Positions 37,795-49,372 of a stretch of 64,000 bases of DNA are shown here, piece after piece. This DNA is from Phyllosticta citribraziliensis. Taxonomy: Eukaryota. Each line of letters opens with the position of its first letter. The first letter of the stretch is position 1. The stretch is taken from the NCBI RefSeq assembly GCF_038025025.1, contig NW_027117341.1, positions 186,001 through 250,000 of the forward strand, read 5' to 3'. Made by a program: the position numbers and the translations under genes. The notes beneath the pieces were generated by a model, which was not told the DNA's origin, ran no database searches, and was given only the letters and a program-made list of their open reading frames with translations.

Positions 37795-39210
37795 ATGGAA
37801 GCAGACTCTCGTGAAAGCGAACATGGCGAAGCTCGATCCAGTTCCCCGAAAGCCCCCCTGACCAGCTCCAAGTCTTCTGTTCCCGTCAGAGAGCAGCCTG
37901 CGTTGCTCAGACTTCCGCTGGAATTGCGCGAAATGATCTATCAGCACCTGCTTCTTGTTGGGGTCGTCCGCATTCGCCCTGTTATGTGGCAACCGGCCAA
38001 TCCGAACATGTTGCGCATGGCCACTCCGTATCCACCAAAGTGCAGTCGCTCAACATTCCAATCTAAGGACACCCATCAAGAAGGCACTTATGGACTTGAT
38101 TTTTCTGGACTACTCAATCCGCCGTCCCTCGCTATCATGGAGACTTCTAAATGTCTTTACAGTGAGACCGCGTCGTACTTTTACGCGAAGAATGCCTTCT
38201 TTTTTGATTGGATCGAACAAGATGGGAGTCGGGACGAACTGGACTTTTACATCAGAGCAGCTCTTGCCTTTCTTCAAGATCGACCGAGCTGCGTTCTCGG
38301 GTGGATGAAGCACATAAAGATCGGGTTTGGCCTGGAAAACATTAGTCGCAGACGTCCAAGGTTACGCACCTTTTTTCAGAACGCTGCACTTCTTGAAGAA
38401 GTGGAGCGTTTTTATGCCATTCTTCGGAACCAACTCAAGCTTAAAAAGCTTTCAATCATTGTCAGAGGTTGGCCACTTGACGTTCGACCTGGAAGATTGG
38501 GCTTCGAATACCGCCCCGAGTCCACTGACTTCAACCAAGGGCGGCGGGATGTTGACCCATGGACATTGAAACATGTTCGTATTGGACTGAAGCATTTACT
38601 GTCGCTCTGCGATATTCCGAGAGTTTCAGTGGAAATCCACGCGAAGCAACCCTCCAATCGCGGCACGCCGCAAACAGAATCCTTCGACCTTGGTCGTCTT
38701 GTGGCGTTCGCTGCCCTCGTCCGGTCACGTCTTCTTAATGGTGGCGAAGCTTTGGGGACTGCCAGCATCTCAGTTCACAAACGGCACCTCGCTGAAGTTG
38801 CTTTTCCGGTCGGCATGCCAAACGATTCTGCATTCCGAAGAGATCGCGAGCGTTACTGGGTCGTACGATGCGATGACGAACAGTCGGGCAAGTCCCTGTT
38901 GGCCCCCGCAAAACGCCTACAGCGTCCGTTGGTTCGGGATCCGAATCGAAGCGAGCAGCTTCGTCAACCCTTCTACAATTCGAATGGAGAGCTTCATAAT
39001 CACTCAATTTATGGAAAAGAGCACAGACATCTATTTCATCGACACTCAGCCTTGAAATATATCTCATTCTCGAATTTCCTCCGTCCCTCCAGCGACAGCC
39101 CCTCTGATCACGACTACAATGACAGCGACGACGATGAAAACGACAGCCTCAAAGACGTCGATATTAGCGCAGAAGACGTTGAGCACCTCCCACCAGAAGC
39201 TTTCATGTAG
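37795..39210 (+). CDS. Hypothetical protein with N-terminal F-box-like motif
   Basis: PALLRLPLELREMIYQHLL, later LAIMETSKCLYSETASYFYAKNAFFF, a pattern common in fungal F-box-like proteins; about 470-codon intronless ORF. Confidence 0.7.
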   Translation: MEADSRESEHGEARSSSPKAPLTSSKSSVPVREQPALLRLPLELREMIYQHLLLVGVVRIRPVMWQPANPNMLRMATPYPPKCSRSTFQSKDTHQEGTYGLDFSGLLNPPSLAIMETSKCLYSETASYFYAKNAFFFDWIEQDGSRDELDFYIRAALAFLQDRPSCVLGWMKHIKIGFGLENISRRRPRLRTFFQNAALLEEVERFYAILRNQLKLKKLSIIVRGWPLDVRPGRLGFEYRPESTDFNQGRRDVDPWTLKHVRIGLKHLLSLCDIPRVSVEIHAKQPSNRGTPQTESFDLGRLVAFAALVRSRLLNGGEALGTASISVHKRHLAEVAFPVGMPNDSAFRRDRERYWVVRCDDEQSGKSLLAPAKRLQRPLVRDPNRSEQLRQPFYNSNGELHNHSIYGKEHRHLFHRHSALKYISFSNFLRPSSDSPSDHDYNDSDDDENDSLKDVDISAEDVEHLPPEAFM

Positions 39211-41789
39211 ACCGCAAGTAATTCCCTCCTCTCGTGCCTTCAATGGAGTGTACTGACTCTTTTCTGCCAGGAAGAAGCCGGCTACATCCCGCCGAACGCT
39301 CCCTTGCAATCGATATCGACAAGAGTCTTTCGCACGGCAGCTCGACCCTGTAGTCGGATCATTTCGACTGGTGAGGACACAGAACATGCACCGCAAGATT
39401 GGCAGAAAATTCGACGTACGTTTGACACTGCTTTTCGGGTGTTGAGGATTGGAATGCTTGCCTGATGAAGCGATGAAGACTCGGTAAGTCGTCACAACCC
39501 CCCGAAGTGCTTTTTCTGATCAGCTGCAGTTACACTCGTTGCATCTCATTTCTCTGATTGATACACGGGCACGAGCAGGCAGGAGGAAACACTGGAACTG
39601 GAAACCAGAATGGCTCTGAACTGACGACGAGCGCATGAAAACGTTTTGGCAACATCTTCCAAATCAAAAATCGATGCTTCTTTTTGCCCATCAAACCATG
39701 CGTCTTAACTTCGCGCTCTGACTTGCCATACAGCGAGCTCTTGTGGATTTTCTATGCGCTTGCAAAGCTTAGCCGCCGACATCCCGCGAAAGCCCAATCT
39801 GATGGGCGCTGAACGCTGTGAAGTGACAGTGCCACTGGTGTTCTCGCGCGACCATGGCCGTCGATTCAAATCACTGACGCCTCTGGAATCCCAAAGCGGC
39901 AAGCAGCGCTGAATGAACGAAAACTGCACTTTAAACCCCCGACGACAAGCAACCGCACCGAGAAGAAAGGTTTCCAACTCGCAACCAAGATCAGGCCATT
40001 TTGACCATCCAGGTCAGCTGTCTCCAGCTTCAGGGGCTCCCATCTATCTATTCAATCAATTCAAATCAACGCATACGGATAGGTGCGGACGTGGCAATCG
40101 CAAGTGATCTATGGCAAAAAGCAACAACGTCGAAAAAAGGAGGGCAGCTGATTCAGAAGTTTGCTTTTTTCGCACCCGCTCAGGCCTACCACTGGGCGCG
40201 CGTTGCGGTGGTCCACGAGGCCCGGGGAATAGGAACTAAACATCAAACCAGAGCGGTCGGGGATCAATTTACATGAGAAAGACGGTTCGCCGGTGGACGA
40301 GAAGGTTATCGACGCCCCTATGACGCCTTTCGTATTGGAGCTTCGAGGATGGCTCGAGGCGCAGTGGTCGCGAGGACATGTGGAACGTGGATGGCGACAG
40401 ACTGTCAGACGATGCGGCGGACGGGGATGCAGCTTTAAATGAGGTGAAAAAGCGAGGCCGGAAAGACTTGGCTCTCGCTACTGAGAGGAATCATGGCATG
40501 TCGTTTCCTCAGCCCCCTATGTATGTAGGCAGTGGGTGCGGTGCGCGTTGTTGCACCAACAAAACCCCGCCGCCAGCCAGCGCACGAAAACGCCGCCACC
40601 ACGGCCGACGCCTCTTCACCACCTCCCCACCATGGCCGTCCGTCACTTCTCTCTGGCTCTCTTTATTTTTAGTCCCTGGATTTATGCCCAATGTGGAGGC
40701 ACACAGGGCACCCAAGCGTGCTCCAAGCTCCCCATTTGGGAACAGGTCGTCGACGGGTGTCCCGAATTGGCGGGCTGAACGTGTTCCGTCCTCACGATGA
40801 CCTCAGCGCAGAGAGCCACACAACAGGAGACTAAAAGAGGGTAGGGTAAGGTAGGGTAAGTAGGCGACTCCCGTATATGCCGGCTGTGGTCGGTTCGGTA
40901 TGGTTGGTCGGCTAGCTGGAGGAGCTGGGGCCGCTGATGCATCGATCATGCAACGCAACCTTGAGCAAACACGCGGGTCTTTCTTTTGGCAACTCTCTTT
41001 TCTTCCCTCTTCCTCCGCCCCGCAGCAGCAGTAGCAGGCAAAATACGGGCTCCCGCTAGAAAACGCAGAGAAGACTAGCCGCTTCCCGACCGTCAGGTCT
41101 CGGGACCTCGTTTTTGGGTGTGTGTCGCAGCCTGCGGCGGCTCGAGGCTGTCCCTGGCAGCGACGGGTTGCCAAAAGAGTCGGTCAGCAGAAGGGACGGC
41201 CGGGTGAACGCAGCAAGGCGCGGTTCTTCGAAAGCTTGGGAATGCTTTTTTTGCGCTGTTCCTTGCTGCTGGTGCCCGTGGGGTCGTCGCCCGTCTCTCG
41301 TTTTGGGCCGGCGCGTCGACGAAAACTAAACTCCGCCGAATCGTCTCCTCGCCCTTCGGCCAATGAGACATGCAGGTAACCTGGTCCTCGTGGTTCCACC
41401 GCAGCCCAAGTGCCAAAGAAGGCAACATTCACCTGACGCGGGTTCCCGGCGCGGCGCGCAGGCTTTTTGTTCATGGCGCGATATTTTTATAGGCTCTGTA
41501 TGTATGTCATGCTCTGCTTGCTTGGTGGTTGGTGTTTGTCCTGTACGAGTACCATTTTATCCGCATGATTAAAACCTTTGGATCTGGCCGTCTCCTCGTT
41601 CCTTTCGCTCTTTTACACACCCCACATTCTGTTCTGTCCCTTGAAGAAAAACGATTGGTTGCGATTGCGTAATTAGGTCCCTCTTTCGACTCGTCCACAA
41701 GCATTCGCAGAAAGCCGTACCGCGGAACGTCCGTCGACGACCCAATTTCTCTCCAAAACGACTCCTGTCTACCATTAGTCCAGAGAATC

Positions 41790-42740
41790 ATGGAGATGGA
41801 GTACATATACGAGCAGAGCGGGGAACCTCCGCGGTCACCACCACCACCTTACTACTCCTCGATCTCGCAACGGCCATCGCGGCCTCGAAGCCCTCGAATG
41901 AACCCAGCAGTAGCCGTGTACATACCCAGCGGCGCGCCACCTCGATACTCCTGCAAAATGTGTAAGCAAGCACGCCATCGGCAACAGAGCCAGAGCAGCT
42001 TCTGGAAATGGGGAAACTGACCTTTTGCAGCTCCCACCATCGACGATGCAGAAGCAGAATACCGAAGGATCTCAATAAATTCCGAAGCAACACTGTCGGA
42101 AGAAGCCGACCTCTCCGCTCCCCGAGCCGCCAGACTCGACAAACTCGACGAGTTCGGGACGTCTGCAACAAGGAGCAGCTCCGCAGACTCCACAACGACG
42201 ATATACTACGACGCGCGCTCCTCGCTGTCAGAGCCAGATACCGAAGACGAACCAGCCACACAACATGGCGGCGGCGGGTCTCTGGAATTTCCCACGCTGT
42301 CCGTCACGGTGAAGCGCTACGAGATGCTGCTCGCGGCCCACCGTTCCATCGTCGAGTGCTATCGCCTCGTCAACGACAAGCTAGAGAGCGAGGTGCTGCG
42401 CACACGAGAGCTCGAGGTGCGCGCGAGGAGACTTCGTCTGGAGCTGGAGGAGAAGGATCGACAAATTGCGGTGCGCGAGGCGCGAGTTGAGGCGCTGGAG
42501 GAAAGATTAGGGGTTGAAAAGGAGGCAAAACCAGCAAAAAAGGAGAGGAACAACCTCAGAGGAGAGACGAATGTGGCGGAGAACGAGAGCATTGCAGGGA
42601 CGCGAGAGACACTGATGATCGAAGGTCCCCGAAGGAACTTGAGTGCATACATAGGAGTAGGTTTCTCTTTCGTCCTGTGGGTGGTGATGGTCCGTTGCTT
42701 GTGCAAGTTCTTGGACATGGTGAAGACACCTGCAAGGTGA
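41790..42740 (+). CDS. Hypothetical protein: N-terminal PPxY motifs, coiled coil, C-terminal transmembrane segment; intron 41962-42030
   Basis: gtaagc...actgac...cag intron joins ORF 41790 in frame to the frame of ORF 42309. PPPPYY and PPRY; heptad-rich LESEVLRTRELEVRARRLRLELEEKDRQI; hydrophobic AYIGVGFSFVLWVVMV near the C-terminus. Confidence 0.65.
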
Positions 42741-43201
42741 GAGAGCTTGCCATGTGAGGGCTTCATGATGTATGGTTAATGGTCAATGTTTCTCAGCGAC
42801 ACTTTGCGCAGAGCGGGGCATTCAGAGACCCCGGAAAATGGATTCACATGATAATGTTCAGTTGATTTCCCTAAGCAGCAGCCAGGGTTTTGCTCTGGTT
42901 CTAGTTCTGGTTGAGCAGTACCATCGTACCGCCGGACTAGATCTCGTACCGTGAGAGCGTTCTTCTACGGTAGATCTGCATCATCGGTGCATGGAGCCGC
43001 CGCTTCCAAGAGTTTCTCTTTGTCAATGGAGGCGCTCCAATATTGGAGGATCCCACACTGATAGATAGCACACCATTCAAGAGCCTCTCGAGCTCTAGCA
43101 TGTGAAGTTCAAAGTCACCTGCAGTCGTCTTGATGCTCTTGGATTTCCTGCGCCAACCTCAGCAAGCACATGTTTCTGTCGCCGATGGCACCAGGCGGCC
43201 C

Positions 43202-45076
43202 CTACTCCAACACGAAGCTTCGCCTCTCGCGTTCGAGTTTTTCAAACCACGCGTCGAACCTAATAAGACCGGTGCCGATCCGATGGAAAACACCGTCTTC
43301 TTCGGACTCTTCAATGGCTATGATGGCGACATAGAAGCATTGCCTGCGAGGATCCGGATCGGAAAACTGGGAATTGAAAATCTCAAGAGGAGAAAAGACT
43401 TGCTTCAACTCCCAGGCCTCACACAAGCAAGCCGACAACGCGAAAAATGTGAGACTGCCGCGGCGCAGTGATGGTCCTGAGATGGCCTCGGCGAATCCCG
43501 CTCCAATACAATCACGGCCGTGGAAAATGTGAAGCCCGATCGATCCGTGCCTGTCCACCTTGTGCGTTACGTCTAGTCTTGAAATCCACGAATGGACTAG
43601 AATGCGACCTGGTGATTTTGCAAGGCTTTTTTGCTGCTCCGAAAACTCTCGGAAGTAAAGGGGTTCCACGTCGGGATTTTGGCTGGGATTGTTTGACCTG
43701 ATGCCACGGGAGTATTTCCAAAAGTCCGCGTAAGAGGGAAACTTGTTCCCGAATTCAGTGGTCGTCATATCGCGAGATATATTTTCGGTCGGAGACACTG
43801 ATATGTAGCCATTTACGTAGGCATGAATTGCCATACGCATCAAGGCATCATTTTTCTTACTTCCTTGACCAAACATTCCAAAGTTGGGCCTCGGATAATC
43901 CAAAGAAACCTTCCCTTTGCTGTCAATCTTATCAACAAAAGCCCAAAAAGGTATGACCAGATTCCGGAGATCTCTGGGGAAGAGTATTTGACCTTCCATT
44001 GAGGCCCAGCACCACGTTGGAAAAATGTGACCGTTGGTACTGGGCCGACGTCTCCCTTGGCCGTCTTTTACCCACCAATGCATAGCGCTGTCAAAATCAT
44101 TCCTGGGCATGCCAAATAAATGGTTCTTGTCGAACAGATGATTGCAAATGCCGGAAAACGCATTGACAATGTCGTGCCGGTAGCTCAACATTCTTTCGGT
44201 ATAATTTTCGACAGCTTCGCAGTATTGGACCGCGCCGTGAAACATCGTTGTGTGTTGAGAAATGCGCGGTTCTTGAAGTCCTCGTGACAGAAATGCTTCC
44301 CCCTCATGCTCGAATATGACGCCCTCTCTTAGAAAAAACACCACGTTCCGAGACAGTACCGCTTCTTGGTACGTCCAGCCGCGTTTCAGCCATGCTGATC
44401 TCGTCCAGGAATCGTTTCCAGAAGCCTTCGGATCTATGGGTCTCGAAATACCATGCAATCCGTATCTTGCGTCGTTGCCCTCGTACGCTATGAGAGTGAC
44501 GAGTGCGTGATTGTAGATGCGACCGATTCCGTCGAAATGGGCCTGTATGTCTTCTTTAGGGCCATCCTGCACGATGCAAAGCCTGTCTACCCAGAGGTAT
44601 CGTTGGCCGAGACTTTGACAGGCAGTCATGGCGTCCTGAATTGTTGCCGGGACTCCTAGATTATTTGGGCCCATTGGTTCCTCTGGATTCTCAGGGCTGT
44701 CTAGTGCTCCGTCTTCTTGCAGCCGGGTAATGTTGTCTACTCTGGCTTGAAATTCTTTGACTTTTCCCCAAGTATAACTCAAGCAGACATAGTCGAATGG
44801 CTGTCGCGGCACTCTGACGATTTTCCTCTGGACCACGTCGATAAGACGGAGCCATCTAGGCACGGGATGCAGCTTCGGCACAAAAGTGGCATTGTTCAAC
44901 TTTGATTTGAGCCGTTCCCAGTTGATTGTCGATAGATCACGTTCGAGATATTCTCTTGCCTTCCTTTCATACGCCGAGAGCGAAAGTTCGATGAAAGGCT
45001 TTGCGTCGAACCATTCATCTTCTGAATCGCTCGAGTCAGTGGTCCAGTCTTTCCATTCATCCGATGAGTCGCTCAT
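43202..45076 (-). CDS. HET domain protein (TOL-like subtype)
   Basis: LRLIDV, YVCLSYTWG, PATIQDAMTAC..LG.RYLWVDRLCIVQD, IYNHALVTLIA, WLKRGWTYQEAVLSR, FPTWCWASM. Confidence 0.92.
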   Translation of the reverse strand: MSDSSDEWKDWTTDSSDSEDEWFDAKPFIELSLSAYERKAREYLERDLSTINWERLKSKLNNATFVPKLHPVPRWLRLIDVVQRKIVRVPRQPFDYVCLSYTWGKVKEFQARVDNITRLQEDGALDSPENPEEPMGPNNLGVPATIQDAMTACQSLGQRYLWVDRLCIVQDGPKEDIQAHFDGIGRIYNHALVTLIAYEGNDARYGLHGISRPIDPKASGNDSWTRSAWLKRGWTYQEAVLSRNVVFFLREGVIFEHEGEAFLSRGLQEPRISQHTTMFHGAVQYCEAVENYTERMLSYRHDIVNAFSGICNHLFDKNHLFGMPRNDFDSAMHWWVKDGQGRRRPSTNGHIFPTWCWASMEGQILFPRDLRNLVIPFWAFVDKIDSKGKVSLDYPRPNFGMFGQGSKKNDALMRMAIHAYVNGYISVSPTENISRDMTTTEFGNKFPSYADFWKYSRGIRSNNPSQNPDVEPLYFREFSEQQKSLAKSPGRILVHSWISRLDVTHKVDRHGSIGLHIFHGRDCIGAGFAEAISGPSLRRGSLTFFALSACLCEAWELKQVFSPLEIFNSQFSDPDPRRQCFYVAIIAIEESEEDGVFHRIGTGLIRFDAWFEKLERERRSFVLE

Positions 45077-45491
45077 GGTGTGAGTTTCGGGAGGCTGATT
45101 GGAAAACAGTTTAGTGGAAAGAGTTTGTCGATTGAAGTGGGTCCTTGATAGTCCTTGGCAGTTCTTGCCAGCGCATCTAGGACGAAACGGAATTTAACAG
45201 TGGTGCTGATAAATGGCCAGCTCGAAGACTGGGAAAGGGAGCAAAGCGCACTGTGAGCACATGGTGCGCATCACAGCCGGCTCAGCGCAACACGACCAAG
45301 CGACTTTTTCCGAGAGAGCTTTCGCAAGCGACTTTATGACTGTTCCGTCGGCCTCCTGTTATCGATAGGGTCACATTCATGGCCATCATGCAGCTGGCGT
45401 GCCGATCTTTCAGTGTAGTAATCGGCAACTCCTTGGTATCCTTACTCCATCTAGGGTTCCTCCGTCTTGGGTTGCTTCCGCATGACCATCT

Positions 45492-46138
45492 TCAATCCAG
45501 AAACTCGGCTGGCATTGTGGGTTTCGATTTTGGTGGTATAGCCTTCGAGCGGGTCTGGTACTCTGAATTCGCGTTCGAAGCCTTTCCCAACCGACTGGGC
45601 GGCCACAGAATGTACTCTGCGCGGCCATTGACCAAGCCCATAGGAACCTACCACGACCCGTCAGCGATAAGGCCCAAAGAGCAGCACCGAGAACACTCAC
45701 CGGACCATATGTAGTGCTATCCACGCTCTCTCTCCAATTGTCGCCCTCGACCCACACGTGATTCCACGGCACGCGCACCTTGCCCCAATGGAGACCCTGC
45801 TCCTCGCCGCCCGCCCTGCCCTTTGGCCGGCGCCCCACGACGACCAGGTCCCCCGGCAGCCCGACGACGCGCTTGATGCTCAGCTGTTCCGGCTTGTGCG
45901 GGCCCCAGAGCGAGACGACGTCGCCGCGGCGCAGGAACCGGGGGTCGATGAGCCGGTTGAAGAGCACTCTGTCCATGCGGCCCGTCTCGTGGAAGGCTGG
46001 GCTGAATGTCGGTGCCATTGACGGTCCGTGGACGGGAGTGACTTCGGCGACGGAGTCGCGGACGAAGAGGAGGAGCGCCAGGCTCGTTACTGTGTAGTAG
46101 CCGACTTTGAGGCCTCTCCAGCGGGACGTGGGGGCCAT
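45492..46138 (-). CDS. IMP2: Mitochondrial inner membrane peptidase subunit 2 (S26 signal peptidase family); 2 exons
   Basis: GPSMAPTF (Ser), IKRVVGLPGD (Lys), WVEGDN...DSTTYGP; after the intron VPMGLVNGRAEYILWPPSR...EFLD* at 45492. Confidence 0.85.
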
Positions 46139-47362
46139 GGTGGTGAGTTGAGCTCAGCAAGGGTATACGGAGAGGAGGATAGGTCGGACCAAGCGAATTG
46201 GCCTGTCGCGCTTCGCTGTTGGCGGCGATACACGCAATACTGGTGGATGGTTGGTGAAGTCATCGCGGAAGAAAGACGCGATGTCCGCGCAGCCGGGTCC
46301 CGGTCCGTCGCGCGCAAGGAAAAGTCGTTGCCGCCAAATGCAACTCCACACCACCGCCGCCGTCAACAATTATCCAAACACTTTCGCAGAGCACAATGAC
46401 AAAAAATCGAAGAGCTTACACGCGACAACAATCCGCCCTCTCAGCACGTCCAGACCGATTGAGATGGCTCTGCACCTCTTGAGACGAAGTTCCCGAGTTG
46501 AAGTAACTCAAGCCTCACCGCCTCGAGCATCCTCACGAGAACGACATTACAGAACAAGATTCGACTGCAGTCGCTTCCGACCATCTGATTGCTACCTCAG
46601 CGAGCATGGATGAGCTCAGGCCCCGGAGATGGCACCGGCGCGGGAGACGGCAGCTGGACAACGTGCTCGCCTCCTCTTGACAGCGGCGGCAGCCAGCCGC
46701 CGTGAACAGCTGCAGCCACCGCGCGCCAGTCCTCCTGTCACCCATTAAACACCGCACCAGAAACCAGACAAACGAGCCAAAATTACAATACGGCTTTTTG
46801 CAAACCGCGGAAAACAAAACAGCCAACTCGGGCAGCCCGACGCGTTGGAACGCAGTGGCAAGGCAGAGAGAAAGGAAGAGCTGGACCCACCCACCCACCC
46901 ACCATGGCATCACGGCGACCATGGCACTTTACCGCATTTTCTCACGGCGGCAGGAGGGCGCGCAGACCGGCCGCCGACAGACAGACGCTGTGTGTGCACG
47001 ACAGATCGTCCTCGACCAGCCTCTCAGCAATACGCAACGCCATGCCCAGCACGAACTGACTGCTCACACCCACATCTCCCTAGGTACGTACTTACCTGCT
47101 CGGCCGGCGGCACAACGCACCCACCGCGCTGGTAAGTGTGGGGAGACGAAGAGCGCACATGCCCGACGGCCGCGCGCCGCAAATGGCAAAAGGGCACTGA
47201 AATCGCGCGCGTGAGGTCTGGAAGCAAAGGAGGAAAAGAAAGCGTATGTGACCACCACCGCCTCGACGACCACTCATCTACAGGCTTGACCGTACGTACC
47301 GTACTGTGCTGTACTTGGCAGCAAGTGGGCAGCCTTTGCACCGTCATGACCTCCTCCTCCTC

Positions 47363-47397
47363 CACCACCACCACCACCACCACCACCACCACCACCA
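47363..47397. repeat. (CAC)n microsatellite
   Basis: About 11-12 units read directly. Confidence 0.9.
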
Positions 47398-47843
47398 ACA
47401 GCTGCCGTGCCACCCGTGCAACCACTGTGTCAAAAGGGGGCGGCCAGCCAGCGCGTCCGCCAGACCCGCCCACCGACCACAAGGCAGGAGTAGTTCGTCG
47501 AGCTGAGACGAGCGTCATTTGCCCATCCCATCCCCATCCCCCCCAAAGCCAAAGCCTCCCCATCCATTCACGCAGCCTACCAACCATCTCCGCCTCTCGC
47601 CACAGCAAAAGCTCCCCTCGGCTCTCGCCCCAAGTCTCCCTCTCTGTGCTTGCTATGCTGTACGTCCCATGCGTGCAGCCTGTGCATCCCGTCGTGTTCG
47701 TCGCTGCGCTGAGGTGCACTGACAGGAACGCAAGCAGGCAACTCAAGCGCTGCCTGCCTGCCCGCCAGGTTTCAGAACGCCACATGCTCTGTGTAGCCGC
47801 ACCGCACCGACCCTGCCGAGCCAGTGAACGTAGGTACGCACAC

Positions 47844-47844
<1 letters not shown>

Positions 47845-47877
<33 letters not shown>
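47845..47877. repeat. (CAG)11 microsatellite
   Basis: Read directly; intergenic. Confidence 0.9.
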
Positions 47878-47880
<3 letters not shown>

Positions 47881-49372
47881 GGAGGGAGGGAGGGAGGGGT
47901 GGCGAGCGGGTGGACAGTAGGTAGTGAAGCACGGGGGGGATGGGGATCTCGGGGTTAGCTACATGCACGTAGTGTCTGCGCCCAGGCGTGGAGTCGACGA
48001 GCTTTGACTAGACGGTGTTGAAAGAGAGGGCGTGAGGGTGTTGTGGACTAGGATGGATGGGCCTGGCGGTGGAATGTCGGAGGGAGGGAGTGGTGAGTGA
48101 TGGGGAGACTGGCGTTCGCGTTGCCATTGCAATCGCCCTGTCAGTCAGTCTGCTGAAGAGGGACGATGTCTCAGAGAGGGGACGGACGGGAGGGGAGGGA
48201 GAAAGGGGGGCGCGGCGGCGCGCGAGGCTGCCAAACAACTAGACAGACAGACACACAGACATACAGACAAACAGCGTGGAGAATTCTTCTTTCGTTGACA
48301 CGTCAGAAAGCACGACGCCCGCTTCGACCATCTATCTCGCCAGCAGCAGCAGCCACCGCCTCTACACAACTTTGGCCCGTCTCGATTGGCCAGCGCACTC
48401 GCAGCCAGACCGACCACACTTTTGCTTTTGCTCTTCCCTTCCTTTCGAGCAACGAAGAGCGCGCTCGCTCCTTGCGCGCGAGCAACCCAATGCCATCACG
48501 AGCCCCCGCCCCCGCCCGCTCAGTCTGACCGGTAAGTAGAATGGTGACAGCGCCTGCCTCCCTCACTCTCCTCCCTCTTCTCCCTCACAATCAAAGACAT
48601 CAACAAACGAGCAGCCTCGGCCGAGAACGCGGAGCCGACCAAAAGGCAAAGTAAGGCAAGGTGAACACCAACGGGGCTTTTCCCTGCTCCTCTCCAGCCA
48701 CATACAAACAGGAACCCGCGGTACGAAGAAAGGCACAAAGGGGGGAGAGGAAAAAGAAAACGAGGAGAAGAAAAAAACTCCCAGCATTCCGCGGCCGGGT
48801 CCGTTCTATAAAGTGTCTCGCAGCAGTGCCGGACGCGTCAAGATCGCCGCGACGTCGTGACACCCCTCCACCCCCACAGGAAAACAGAAAAGAAAGAGAC
48901 AAGAACACCGGTTCCCCAGATCTGAGATCTGCCAGCCAGATGAGACAAAACACCGTTCCCGACTTCTATGCAACGCGAGCCGACGACATGTGTAAGACAA
49001 GAGACCTCCACACGCACGCAAGCAAAATTGACCAACATCGGCAAAAGAAGAAAGAAAAAAAATCTAGAAGCGGACGCGACAAAATGCACAGAAATCCGAG
49101 ATTGATGACACAAACCCCGCGGGTCGGGGCGCGGCGGGCGAAGGCGGCGAGGGCGGTGGGCGGAAACGGCCCATGTTTGCGAGCGGCGCTGGCAGGTGAT
49201 GCTGCTAGGTACCTTACAGCTGGCTGGCTACTGCTTCGGCTGGCTGTTGAAGCTCGTAGTGGGACGGCGCGCCTCTCGTTACCCGTCACTGCAAGCGTCA
49301 GTTCCACCGCGCTCTCAATCACACAACCTCCCCCGCCTTCCCCTCTTTCAAGACAGTCCAGCTTCGTCATAC

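Noticed and set aside
39250..41700. Short ORFs inside the second accessory block
   Set aside because: No motifs or coherent splice pattern; a decayed gene cannot be excluded.
46200..49370. Several 150-314 aa ORFs between IMP2 and MCH1
   Set aside because: Built from microsatellites (poly-A/V/T/H tracts); no consistent exon structure found.
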